In this document: positions 35,810 through 48,572 of the stretch, piece by piece | How positions within the stretch are numbered: the first letter of the stretch is position 1 | How the letters are laid out: the number at the start of each line of letters is the position of its first letter | Assembly: GCA_030390025.1 (NCBI GenBank) | Contig: CM059431.1 | Span: 107,696,001 to 107,760,000 of the forward strand | DNA from: Squalus acanthias | Lineage: Eukaryota | DNA length: 64,000 bases | Direction of reading: 5' to 3' | The notes under the pieces: generated by a model | What the model saw: the letters and a program-made list of their open reading frames with translations, nothing else | Databases searched by the model: none | What the model was told of the DNA's origin: nothing | Translations under genes and position numbers: made by a program

Positions 35810-36979
35810 TGGCCGGAATTTTCAGGGAGGTAAGCGGGCGGGATTGGTGGCGGGTCGGGTGGGAAATTTGATTTTTTTGATCAACCTGCCGCAACGTGCC
35901 TTTCCCAATGTCGGGACTGCCAGCGCTGAGCAGACCCGACAGGCAGTGGCGGGTGACCCAATTAAACTCATTAGCTTCTAGTTGACAGATCATTAACAGG
36001 ATTTTTTAATTTACCTTTTCACTTTAACTTCATGGCCACGGGAACCATGCTGTCACACTCACCTCCATTGCAGGGATACCGTTATGTCTCACCATTCACT
36101 GCAACTCACTAGGCCACTTCCAAAGGTGCACACAAATTTGTCCAAGAACGCAAAGTGGTGAAAATAAAGGTTTCAATGTTTGACAGCACATTAACAGAAA
36201 TGTTAAAAGAACATTCTATAAAACACCCAAGTGGCTACCCTTGTTAGTTGGTATGATTGGACTAGGATGAGGGTGAGTGTGAGGGGTGGCTACTGAGATG
36301 GGGAAGTGATAATATAGATAGAGAGGGATGGGTGGAGGTGCAAGGTAAGTTGGTGTGAGTAAGGATGTGCAGGAGTACGGTAGGGAAGGCAGACTGATGG
36401 GGATGTGATGAGAGACACAGCAGGATGAAGGTGAGCGTGGCTTGGCAGTAACATTTTGTGATCTAATAAGATCATTGAAAGGTTTGCGCCACTGCACCCA
36501 GGTCCTCCTGACCACATCCCTGCTTGTGCCTTCCTGTGCAATGTGCAACTCGGCTGTGTTGGTCTTCTGGGAAGGTGTCTTCTGCCCATCGGAAGGGAAG
36601 AGGACCTCCCGGCATGCTGTGAGTCTCTCCATAAGCATATGGAGGGAGTCATGGGAGAACCTGGGTGCAGCCCTGCACCTCTGTGCAGTGATTGTCAGTG
36701 TTTGCAGCACCTCAATGCTGTAGAACATTGACAGCACAAATGTTAAAAGAAAGTCGGCCATGGTCCCTTTAAGGAAACCGACTGATGACTGATGACGTGC
36801 CATGAATGACGCCACTAGACCCGCTTCCTCTAATTGGCCAGGGAAATGCGCTGGGCGGGCTTAACAAGCCTAATCAACGTAAATTCATTTTCCAGAGCGG
36901 GATGGAGCCAGCAGCGGGGTCAGGACCCGCCACCAACGTCGCCCGCACTGGACCCGCCGAGGTAAGCAAAATCCAGCCC
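35810..36979 (-). mobile_element. Non-autonomous Harbinger derivative with Myb/SANT exon, further deleted
   Basis: Right TIR AAAATCCAGCCC; APRFSHDSL..RRTWVQWRKPFNDL; lacks the Gln/His-rich block of its sister copies. Confidence 0.85.
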
Positions 36980-37309
36980 TATACTTCTCCTTCCTGCTAC
37001 ATGTTCTTATTACCCTCCATCCAGTCTAGCAACTGGCTGTAGCTTGAGCCATCCGTCTATCATTAATGGAACAAAACTCCCTGATGCTCAACTAGACTGT
37101 GAAGGACCACACAGCTTACCATTAGGTGAAGCAAAATGAAGTGGTCAAGCTTGATGCACTTTAGGAGTATTCATTGGAGCAGCATTTGCTGGCCAGGACA
37201 TTTACACAAACACAGCCTGAAGGGGAGGAGGGTGGGAGGGAAAGATAAGGAGTAACCATGATGAAAATACTTTTAGGTGGCTCCAGGTGCCAACAGCAAC
37301 AAAGCCTCG

Positions 37310-38385
37310 ATGTTACATAGAATTTACAGCACAGAAAGAGGTCATTCGACCCAACAACTCTATGCCAGTGTTTATGCTCCACATGAGCCTCCTCCCACCT
37401 TAATTCATCTAACCCTTTCAGCATACCCTTCTATTCCTTTCTCTCTCATGTACTTATGTAGCTGTCCCTGAAATGCATCTATGCTATCCACCTCCACTAC
37501 TCCATGTGGTAGTAAGTTCCACATTCTAACCACTCTCTGGGTAAAGTTTCTCCTGAATTCCTTATTGGACGCAGGTTAGCAAGGCCATAAAAAAGGCAAA
37601 CCAAACACTAGGGTTTACTTCTAGAGGAATTGAAAAGTAGAGAAGTTATGCTAAACCTGTATCGAACCTTGGTTAGACCACACTTGGAGTACTACGTAAA
37701 GTTCTGGTCGCCATATTATAAAAAGGATATAGAGGCACTGGAGAGGGTGCAGAGAAGATTTACAAGGGTGATACCAGAAATGTGAGGGTATACATATCAG
37801 GAAAGGATGAACAGGCTGGGTCTCTTTTCTCTTGAAAAAAGAAGGCTGAGGGGTAAGCTAATAGAGGTCTTTAAAATTATGAAAAATTTTGATAGAGTAG
37901 ATACAGAGAGAATGTTTCCACTTGTGGGGAAGAGCATAACTAGAGGCCATCAATATAAGATAGTCACCAAGAAATCAATAGGGAATTCAGAAGAAACTTC
38001 TTTACCCAGAGAGTGGTGAGAATGTGGAACTCGCTACCACAGGGAGTGGTTGAAGCGAATAGTATAGATGCATTTAAGGGGAGGCTAGACAAGCATATGA
38101 GGGAGAAGGGAATAGAGGGTTATGCTGATAGATTTAGATGAGGAAAGATGGGAGGATGCTCATGTGGAGCATAAACGCCGGCATGGACTGGTTGGGCTGA
38201 ATGGCCTGTCTCTGTGCCGTATATCCTATGTAATCCTATGTATTAGTGGCTATCTTATATTTGTCTCCTCTAGTTTTGGACTCCCCCACAAGTGGAAACA
38301 TCTTCTCTACGTCTACCTTATCAAACCCCTTCATAATGTTAAAGACCTCAATTAGATCACCCCACAGCCTTCTCTTTTCTAAGCA
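37310..38385 (-). mobile_element. CR1 3' fragment (minus) interrupted by a plus-strand CR1
   Basis: CR1 3' UTR at 37310-37570 resumes at about 38242-38385. Confidence 0.75.
37571..38241 (+). mobile_element. CR1 3' fragment
   Basis: YRTLVRPHLEY, LGLFSLEKRRLRG and a TCCTATGTAA-repeat tail. Confidence 0.9.
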
Positions 38386-40659
38386 CATTTGTTCTCCATT
38401 CATCCTTGCCAGAATTTATGCATGAGCAAACAATGTTAAACTGCATTGCATCAGCCAGCTATTCCTGCAGATCCTGTAAACACACCAATAAAATTGATTG
38501 CTTTATGTGAGAGGCATTACGCTATTCCAAAATTAGTTGACATTACTAGATTAGTAGACATTTTACAATTAAAACAAAATATTTGACAACAGATAAGTCA
38601 ATAAATTAGCAGATACATGCAAACAAGATTATTTACTGAATTCAAATTCAAATTACTTTGGTTCATTTCCAATGCATAATGCTGCCACTTTCATCAAATG
38701 AAGGTTAATAAACCTACAGTACTCACTCCAGCTATCATTTCTTGTACCATTAACACTATTTTTACACCCAACTTTTAGCATTATGATACTAGCTTGCTTA
38801 CGTTATGATATGCAAAGAAAACAATTGTGATGAATCTTCAAGGTACCAATAATTGAGAGCTGCAGTGGTTATTACTCTCTTCAAAATGTTTAGCGTTCAC
38901 CATTACGATGATCCCAGTGATAACTGCACTGAAGCAATGATGATGCAAAACTTCTTTGTTTTGCATTTCCCATTCTGTCTTTACCTTGTTAAGATGGCTC
39001 TTAACCGGATAAGCCAAAAGAAGCTACTATACAACAACCTTGTAACAAGGTTCTCTATCTGCGTTTTGTGAATACTAAATAGATCATGAGGTTTCCTGTC
39101 AGCAGTTGTCGAAGTTTAAAGGAGTACCAGTATTTGAATTAAAAAAGGTAAGTATTTGGACAAAAAGACTATTTATTTGCATCTGACATAAAGGCAGACT
39201 TGAAAACTTTTAGGAAACATTTCATGTTTAGTTGTGAGCTTCATTTGAGGATAAGCATAAACTGTGCAAGTTTGGAACTGAGCCAAAAATAAAGCGCTTT
39301 CAAACTTTTGCATTCTGCTAAGACGTTAAGACACCAATCAAGACATCTTCCTAATTATTGGTTTAATTAATATAAGCTGGAATGTATGCCCGTGACCCCC
39401 CAAGAGTTACCACATTTCCAATGAATGGTCGCTAGTCGGTGAGACTGAAGAAGCAGCAAGTGAACAGGAGAGGGCGCTGAAACAGGAGAGAAGCTCGAGC
39501 TGATTGGGGAAGAGGGCCTTTAGCATCATATTTTGATCACCAAACCCCAGAGATGAAAGAGAAATATCGCTGAATTTCGAAGCAGCTCGATGCGATCTCT
39601 CGCAAAAACAAGAGGACAGATGTCTTTACTGGGGTAAAATTTACATCGCTTGTTTACAAAAAAAACAGAGGGTGAGAAAAATAAGTGTTCTGATTAACAC
39701 TTGTTCCAGCTTCTGTTTTGTGTTCTGTAAATTTTAAAAGGTGCATTAAACTGAGGGAGAGAGAGATGGAACAAGTTAGAGAGGGTTAGAGAGAGGGAGA
39801 TTGAAGAACGTAATAGAGAAGAGAGAGAGAGTAAGAAACAAGAGAGAGTGTGCTCACTTCATTTAAAAGTAATTAAATTTTCAAAAGAAAAACACCAGTT
39901 CAATTTTGAAGCCAGCTTTTATTATTTATTATTAAATTATCTCCACCTACCTTTGATGACGGATAGCAAAGGCCAATGATAATGGCCGACACATTTGAGA
40001 CAGAGATTCCAATTTCTAAGACCTATCACACACAGAGGAAGAAAGAAAGAGAGGAGGGGCAATCCTGGACCTCTGCCCAAAACGGACACAAGGTCAGCCA
40101 AGCAGCCACCGCGCCTGCCCGTTAGTGCTGGCATGAGGCCCGAGCCATTTTGAGGCCCAGAATCCATTAACATGCTGCAGCTCATCAGTTGTGGCAGGGC
40201 GGGTAAACAGGCCGGCTTCCACGCTGAGCTGGCCGGCAGGTCGGATCTGGGAGAGGGTTGGAGGCAATCCCCAGGGGAGAGCCCTCAACATTGGCCATCA
40301 ACGGGCCCAGAGGTTTAGCTGGGGACACAGCAGGACCATCCCTCCCCCACCCCTAATGCGACCTGCAGCTGTTGGTGGCTCAAACCCCCACCACACCACA
40401 ACAAATAATCCACCACCTTCCATTGTAACAGAAAGAAGAAAAAGACAGACAGAAGGAGAAGGGGACAGAGAGAGAAAGAAAGCAGCAAAAAGAATTTAGG
40501 GGAGAGAAGAAGAGGAGAAGAAACAGAAAGAATCAGCAACATAAAGACATCAAAGACAGGTTAAAAAAGGACCATATTCTCTGAATTAACATATGCAAAG
40601 CCGGGGGAGATCAACCAGTTTTTTAAAAAGTATACGGTGAGTATGTTATTATTTTACAA

Positions 40660-41200
40660 TAGCAAAATACTGTGGATGCTGGAAACCTGAAATAACAACA
40701 GTAAATATTGTTCAGTCCGTAAGGGTGACCCCGAGCTTCCGGTCGCTTGTCACTTTAATTCTCCGCTCCATTCCCACTCCCACTCTGACCTCTCTGTCCT
40801 TGGCCTCTTACACTGTTCCAATGAAGCTCAACGTAAGCTCGAGGAACAGCACCTCATCTTTTGATTAGGCACTTTACAGTCTTCTGGACTCAACATCGAG
40901 TTCAACAATTTCAGACCATAACCTCTGCCCCTATTTTTTCAGGCGGCAGCTGTTGATGATTCTGCCATCCCCATTTGCAACATTTAACCTCTCCTGCCTT
41001 CCACCCTAGCACAGACCATTCCTTTTATTCTTTCCTCCCCTCCCCCCCCTTTCCCTGCCTCTGCATCTGCTTAAAAACCTGCTACATCTCCAACTTTTTC
41101 CAGTTCTGACAAAGGGTCACAGACCTGAAATGTTAACTCTGTTTCTTCCTCCACGGATGCTGCCTGACCGGCTGAGTTTTTGCAGCATTTTCTGTTGTTA
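40660..41200 (+). mobile_element. Penelope-like element 3' fragment with a short inverted tail piece upstream
   Basis: HFNS..SDLSVLGLLHCSNEAQRKLEEQHLIF*LGTLQSSGLNIEF (GIY-YIG C-terminus), then the tail; inverted tail piece at 40660-40700. Confidence 0.8.
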
Positions 41201-43089
41201 TTATTTCATCTTTATTGCACTTGAAATGTACTTTTGAATCAGAACGATTATAATTGTTAAAGATTACTCAGTGGGAGTTATTGTCTCAAAAGCGATATTT
41301 AAATCAGTCACACGCTCCTGATTACGGAATCATTTGAAAAACAGGAATAACGAGACAACAGATTTAAAACTCAAAGAGGTGGAGAAGTGTAGCAAAAAAG
41401 AGTAAAAAGATAAAACTCTACATTTCACCGCACTAGCAGATGGCATCTCCAGGAATGATCAAAAACTACTGAGATAAGTTGTTATGTAACAGCAAAATGC
41501 AGGGCTGCTAAAAAAAAAGCCAGATGTAATAGATTGCACACTTGCAAAAATCCTGAAACAGTTGCCTCATTAACTCCAATTACAGGCAACCAGATGTCAA
41601 GAAGATGGGAAATGTTCTGATGGGCCATCGTTTGCTACGAGTGTTTAAGGAGCTTGCACCATATTCCCGCCAGTGTTCTCAAGGAAGGTATTAACCCATT
41701 TATTTTTAAAAGATCATCCATCAGAAAATCTCCAGTGGTAAGAATAGGAATTTTGACCCTAGATTGGATTCCTATGACTTTCCACAATCTCCAGCGCACT
41801 TCACATTGAGCAAGATCAATGAGTTCGGCTGTGTCGAAATTTGGCTAATGACCTTCAACTTCTTGAAAATGGGTCACCTAGGTAACAGCTTAAGGATTTG
41901 TGTTAATTTGCTATCTAATGCAGTGGTAGGACTGGTGGAATGAAATCTCTTGTGTAACTTCTGATAACAGCGAGTCAGGCAGCAGTTTGTGCAGGAACAA
42001 CAATCTCTCAACCGTTTGATTCAGGTCAAGCAGATCAAAAGCAATCAAAATGCTTCCTCTGTGTTAGCACAATTCACATTACTGAACAAACAAGCCATTG
42101 ACAACACAATGCACTTCACTAAAGGCAAACAGATATAGCAATCACCACACTATTACAAAACACATCATTTTAATTTTGGTTAGGTTCACGGGTTAAGATA
42201 ACCCAAAGAAATTATACATTTTCTTAATAAGGGCTTCACAGTGAGTTCTAAATCTTAGCGAGACTACCTACCAGTATTCATTTTATTCCAGGGACTAATC
42301 TTGGAAAATAGTCTTGTGTTAGGTGTTAAGGCAATTTTGTTGATAGCCCACTCTTGATAATACAACAACAAACTGCAGATGCTGGAAATCGGAAATAATA
42401 ATGGAATATGATGGAAACTCTCAGCAGGTCAGGCAGCATCTATTGAGACAAATTGACTTTACAGGTGTGTACCCTTTATTTAGGGAGGGGGGATAATGGG
42501 GACTAGTCCCCCCACATTTTATGGCATCAGTTTTGTCCCCCTCTCCCCTTAAACAAATCCCAGAATTGCCCTGCTATCCCTCCAACTCTTTAGGAGTGAA
42601 TTACCTTGGAGGTTCTCCTGCCGGAGCTCTGGCGGAAACACCATTCACGTGATTATCTGGGGTTTCAACCGATCTACCATCGAAGTTACAGCTGCCAATC
42701 CTGAAAGTGGGCTGCCCATGATTTATCCACTTACATTTTCAGTCCCTCAATCTAATTGGAAAATAATTCAAAGTCTCATGTCAAAAGTCATGAAGTCTTT
42801 AAAAATGCATTGGTTCACAGATGATCCTTTGCGAAGTCATAAATTGATGATCTTAACATTTATGTGTTCACAGATAATTTATCTCCATCCCAAGGCACCA
42901 GCACGCCTTGTAGTGAGGGCTACGAAGGAAACTGAAACTCTAAGGAGAAGAAAAATGAAGAATCTGAAAAATGTACCTGTCGCTTACCTGTTATGGTGAA
43001 AAAGTTTCAAAATTTGACAATGGGTTTGCAGCAGTGCTAACAACATCTGCCCATGTTTGCAGGCTGAATAGTGGAGAGGGATGAGGTGA

Positions 43090-43255
43090 GTTAAAAGGAA
43101 ATTAAATACATACTTCAAAAGCAAAAAATTGCAGGGCTATGGGGAAAAAGCAGGAGAGCGGGACTAATTGGACAGCTCTTTCAAAGAGCCAGCACAGGCA
43201 CGATGGGCCAAATGGCCTCCTTCTATGCTGTAAGATTCTATTCTATGATTCTAGG
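43090..43255 (+). mobile_element. CR1 3' tail fragment
   Basis: CAGGGCTATGGGGAAAAAGCAGG..GATGGGCCAAATGGCCTCCTTCT plus TTCTAT repeats. Confidence 0.7.
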
Positions 43256-43940
43256 TGTCTGTGTCTAATTTCTGGAGCTATATTCCTTTACCCTGGTAGT
43301 TCTCATTGGAGGATGAGCCATGATTGCTGGAGATGCAGGAAGGGGGGCTTGTATGCCTGCTAGTGGGATAGAACCTTTGGATTTGGCTTCAGGAATACTG
43401 ACATTTTGTTCTTAATTGAATTTCCAACATTAGTGCTAACAAAATCAATCACATTTAGAAACAAAAAACAACTTCAGGCATCAGAGTGACAAATGCATTG
43501 ATGCTCAAATCTGAAGAGCCATTAAAGACACACGTTTCAGTTACAAATTGCCCTTATTAACTGCATCTTCAAGAAGGGGTTTTGAGAAAGGTCGGAATTC
43601 CTCAGCATAGACAGCGAAAGAAAATTATAGAGTGCACACATTATTATGAAGTAAATCCATAGTGCCAGCCAATCAGATCACAGATGTAATGGTTCGAATG
43701 AGTTGATCTCTTGTTTGCAAGACCATCACCTCAAGCTGATTCTCCCCAACAGCTGTACATGTATGCTGTAGAAATCGAATGATGAACAGTAAATGATTGC
43801 GACCTATGTCACCTGATATCATACACCTGAAGCTGACTCAATGTAAATGATTTTAAGTAAAAATCTATTTTTTATAATTTATGATTTCAAGTGGCAGAGG
43901 GATAGAAATTGGTATGTGCTGATTTACACTGAATTACATA

Positions 43941-44703
43941 GGGGCAGAAATTCGGGTCTCCACGGGTGAGTACGCGCTGTGTACTCACCCGTAGGGCCAT
44001 CGGAAGTGCCGGTTTTGCGCATGCACTGCGCATGCACGGGAAACCGGAACTTCCGGTCTCGTGAAAGAAGGGGTTCGAGGGTCAACCGCGTGCGCCGGAG
44101 AGGCAGCGCGCACGCAGCGAACTTCCGTTTTTTTTACAGGTTTCTCCGTGAGGGTAAGAACGGAGAAGCTGCGCGGGAAAAAAGGAGGCGCAGGCCTGCT
44201 TTTAACAAGGTAAGTGGTGAATTAATTACAATTTAAACATTTTTTTAACAGGTTTATCTATTTTACATACTTTAAAGAAAGGTAAGTTTATTTTTAGCAC
44301 CGTTAAAAAGTATAATTAATTTTTTCAAAAATTAAAATTTTTGTTTGAAGTAGTTAACTTATGTAATTTATAGTTATTTTAAAAATGTGATTTTTAAAAA
44401 ATTTATTTGAAGTTTTAAGTGAGGTTTTGGGGCTGATCTCTATTCAGAGATTTGACAGGTCTTCCTGTCAAAATCTATGAATGGAGATTCCCTGCTCTGA
44501 TTGGCTCTCCATGGCCCACGTGATCCCAGGGGATGCTTCAAACTAACTGCGCCCCTGGGATACGCAAGCACTGCGCGCCGGCAGCTGCAGGAGGCCCAGG
44601 AGCCGAAGTCCACGCGGGCCCGAAGCACAATGGCAGGCGCGGTAGGTAAGTACGCGCGCGATCCTTGCACCCGCGGGAAGCCGGAGAGCCAAATTTCTGG
44701 CCC
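43941..44703 (-). mobile_element. Harbinger-type MITE, family B
   Basis: TIR GGGGCAGAAATT / AATTTCTGGCCC; TSD ATA; sits at a CR1 tail. Confidence 0.9.
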
Positions 44704-44945
44704 ATAGAATGTACAGCACAGAAACAGGCTATTCGGCCCAACAGGTCTGTGCCGGCGTTTATGCTCCACTTGAGCCTGCAACCACTTCTCTTCATCTCAC
44801 CATATCAGCATAACCTTCTATTCCTTTCTCCCTCATGCGTTTATCTAGCTTCCCCTTAAATGCATCTAAGCTATTCATGTCGACTACTCCTTGTGGTAGC
44901 GAGTTCCACATTCTAACCACTCTCTGGGTAAAGAAGTTTCTCCTC
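44704..44945 (-). mobile_element. CR1 3' fragment
   Basis: GAGTTCCACATTCTAACCACTCTCTGGGTAAAGAAGTTTC (FFTQRVVRMWN on the minus strand). Confidence 0.85.
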
Positions 44946-45128
44946 ATTGAATAGAATCATAGAAATTTACGGCACAGAAGGAGGCAATATGGCCCATTGG
45001 CCACGATTTCCTCTTCCTCGGCGGGTCCAGTGTGGCTGGGGTCGGTGGCGGGTCCCAAACCCGCTGCTGGATCCAGTCCGCTCTGTAGAATGATTTTCCC
45101 CTGATTGGGCTTGTTAAGCCCACCCAGT

Positions 45129-45885
45129 GGGCTGGATTTTCATAGGGCCGTGGAGGCGGGTTTGGAGGCGTGTGGGGGGTTAAAATTGCGAAAAGTGGCA
45201 GGCGGACCTGATCCCGCCTCCACGCAATTTTGATAAAATCGTGTGCGGTGTTCCCGACTCCGTCCTGCCTCCAAGAGGCGGGAGAGGCCATTAAAACCCT
45301 TAACAAGCCCTAAATTGGCTTTGTAATGCCATTTTGAAATGTTTTAGCTAGTTTAACCCTTTTCCGACGTGAGGCACGCCTGATGTGAAACACGCCAGTG
45401 AAACCTGGCGAGAGCACAAGTGGATAGCTGACTATCAGCTGCAGGTCCACTATTACAACTGAGATGTGATGAAGGTAGTAGTAGTATTAGGTCTGAAAGT
45501 CGCCTCTGATGCTGCTGCATTGAATGTCTTCAGAGACTGTCTGGCCTTTGCTGTGAGAGGACCTGGATGCAAAAAAAAATTCTCTCTCTCTCTCCTCTCT
45601 CTCTCTTTCTCTCTCTCTGAGCTGCTGCTCATTTTGCATCCAGGTCCACTCACAGCAAAGGCCAGGCAGTCTTTGCAGACCTTCACTGCAGCAGCAATGA
45701 TGACATCATCAGAAGCGACTTTCAGACTGAAACCACTAATTGGTTCATGGGTTCCCACATGCTGGAACTCAATTGCCCAATTAGGTGAAAATTGCATCAA
45801 TCTCCCACATCCAATTGCAGTCGGGTGGATAACACGAAATGCGGATGACACGACCCCAACCCGCCCCAGTATCAAAATCCAGCCC
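45129..45885. mobile_element. Harbinger-type MITE with a long internal hairpin, nested in a Harbinger-derivative end (about 44999-45972)
   Basis: Perfect TIR GGGCTGGATTTT / AAAATCCAGCCC; TSD AGT. Confidence 0.9.
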
Positions 45886-45972
45886 AGTGTGTTTGCCAGC
45901 CAATTGAAGGAAGTGGGTCTGATGATGTCACTTGATGACGCATTATCAGCCGGTTTCCTTAAAGGGACCATG

Positions 45973-46032
45973 TGGAAATTATGGAAGCAAGTCGTCCTCG
46001 GTTCCAAGGGACTGCCTAAGAAGAAGAAGAAG
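45973..46032 (+). mobile_element. Probable RTE-type LINE extreme 3' end
   Basis: GGAAGCAAGTCGTCCTCGGTTCCAAGGGACTGCCT followed by (AAG)n; family assignment from memory only. Confidence 0.4.
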
Positions 46033-46612
46033 GGAAATAGGTCCTTCCTATCCACTCTATCTAGGCCCCTCATAATTTTATGCACTTCAATTAAATCTCC
46101 CCTCAGCCTCCTCTGCTCCAAAGAAAACAACCCCAGCCTATCCAATCTTTCCTCATAGCTAAAATTCTCCAGTCCTGGAAGCATCCTCGTAAATGACCTC
46201 TGTACCCTCTCCAGTGCAATCACATCTTTCCTGTAATGTGGTGACCAGAACTGTATGCAGTATTCTAGCTGTGGCCTAACTAGTGTTTTATACAGTTCAA
46301 GCATAACCTACCTGCTCTTATATTCTATGCCTCGGCTAATAAACAGAAATATCCCATATGCCTTCTTAACCACCTTATCTACCTGCCCTGCTACCTTCAG
46401 GGATCTGTGGACATGCACTCCAAGGTCCCTCTGTTCCTCTACACATCTCAGTATCCTATCATTTATGGTGTATTCCCTTGCCTTGTTGGCCCTCCCCAAA
46501 TACATTACCTCATACTTCTCCAGATTGAATTCCATTTGCCACTTTTCTGCCCACCTGACCAGTCCATTGATATCTTCCTGCAGACTACAGCCTTTTTCCT
46601 TACTATCAACCA
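46033..46612 (-). mobile_element. CR1 ORF2 fragment
   Basis: WAEKWQMEFN..EQRDLGV..YKTLVRPQLEYC..LERVQR. Confidence 0.9.
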
Positions 46613-48572
46613 CACGGATTTCTGGGCACAGAATGAGGGATGAGGGTTAGGGGGACCAATTTGGGCCGGTGGTATCCTTTGTCTAATCTTCCCTGGAAGT
46701 GCACAGGCTGCCAAATTGAGCATCTGTACAACACAGGCATTAGCCCTCTTGATTATGCTACTCAGGGGCCTGTTTCAGGACGTCGATACGAAGTTGGTCA
46801 GAAACTGAGCTCAGTTTTTCCAGGTCTACAGATGCCTAACAAGCAATTTTTAAAATGACCGCTGGAGGCTGCTGAAGGGGGTGCATTTTTCTTCTTTATT
46901 TACCTGAATGTGGAGCCAGGAGGAGCAAGAAAGTTTCCTCCCGTCTGCTCAACACTTCTGTGGGCCACTGGCAGTCCATGCTTGCCCACCCCACATTTGC
47001 CTCTTCCCCCCCCCGAAGCCCCCAGAATCTACCCGAAGACCACTGCTGGCGTTGCCCAAATCGGTGACCTCTGAACTGGCGAGCTGCATCGGGACGTCCA
47101 ATGGGCGTCCGCAGCTGACCGGTTAAATGCAGGTGAGGCCCGGCGCCGAATTTGACACAAAGCAACCACTCCACTGACTTGGGCGCAAGCCCTGTTTCCA
47201 GCACAGAGTTCCCATAATCCTTTGATGTGTGGATGTGAAAGAGTTAAAATTGTGAGACCTGCAAGAGAGACGAGAATGAAAGCACAAGCGTGTGCGCCCT
47301 TTATCTCTAGACGAATTACTGCCGACAGAAACCCTTTCGATTGGGACTATCTAAGCCCTTAAATCTGTTCGTTTCAGATTTGAACAACAGCAGTGATGGA
47401 TACCTGATAGAATTCCTGAAATGGATTTGAATATTGAGTGCCGTATATAGAAGAGTATTCTGCATTTGAAGCCTTCTGCGTCCAAAGATACTTGACATTT
47501 AAAAGAGATTTTGCATTCCTGTTTTTAATTATTTATTTTTCTAGGCAAGTCTTTTTGCCATTCACCAATCCCTGGTTAAGGTTACTGGGAGCTAGCCTGG
47601 TGCTGAGCCTTATCGTATGATTATCTGTGACAGGCCACTAGAAGGTCCCCGAGAGCAAACTGGAGTGGCGAGCTGCTTTTCCTCATTTGCTGTAGGAAAA
47701 TGCATGACCTCTATTCTTATCCTCTCCTGAATGCCAACCCCGGAGATCAGAATTAGCAAACCTGTTGTGTGAGGAGCTGTATCGGGAAACCCAGTTTTAC
47801 CAGCCTGTCCTGCAAGGCAGAAAAAACATCGAGGTGCACAGTTACAGAAAATGTTCTTACGGTTTTGTTTTTAACAAATAGGTTTAATGATTTGTGCTAA
47901 TTTTCAGTTTTAATACAATGTGAAATCAATTAAAATAGGCTTAATTAAAATTTGCCATTCTTGGAGATCATTTCATTTGTAGATATATATAGTAGTAAAT
48001 ATCTAGGGATACTTTTATGTTCATTTATTAATTTATTTACAAAACATTTATGCAATTCATTCACAGTATAATGCCTCAAAATTACATGGGACAAAAATTA
48101 GGACATGAACACTTAATGCACTTACATGCAATTCCTTTTTAATAGAGGTGTTGACTTATTTAAAGCACTTGGATGCTAATATTCAAAGCCTCAGGATGCT
48201 GTCTCACATTGCTTTAACATTTTCATAATACTTCTCGTCATCCTTCAAACATGACAGTGAAGTTACTTACGGCCAGGATTTTCCTCGGAGCCGCTCCTGC
48301 TCCGTCGTTGTAACTTTGCCGGAGACGGGGCAAATCCGAGGAAATTCCCGAGCCCATATCTATCCTTGTCTCATGGAATTGGCCCAGGCATCCATTTGAT
48401 ACGGCATATTTCTGGGCCAGTTTGAACTCAAACACAGCAGAGATGGTAACTGCGTGTGTCTAACCGTTTCGCTGGGGAGTTTAGATTATTGTTTCATCTC
48501 GTAAAATCGTTTATTTTTTTAATGTACGTAATACTTTTATGGAATATGCAGCAAGAATAACTGAATCACATT

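Noticed and set aside
38385..43900. Host-gene exons in the longer unique stretches
   Set aside because: No convincing ORF with splice sites or protein similarity; small or non-coding exons cannot be excluded.
45453..46304. 283-aa and 230-aa overlapping ORFs with internal repeats
   Set aside because: Read-through from CR1 into MITE DNA; the apparent symmetry comes from the inverted repeat.
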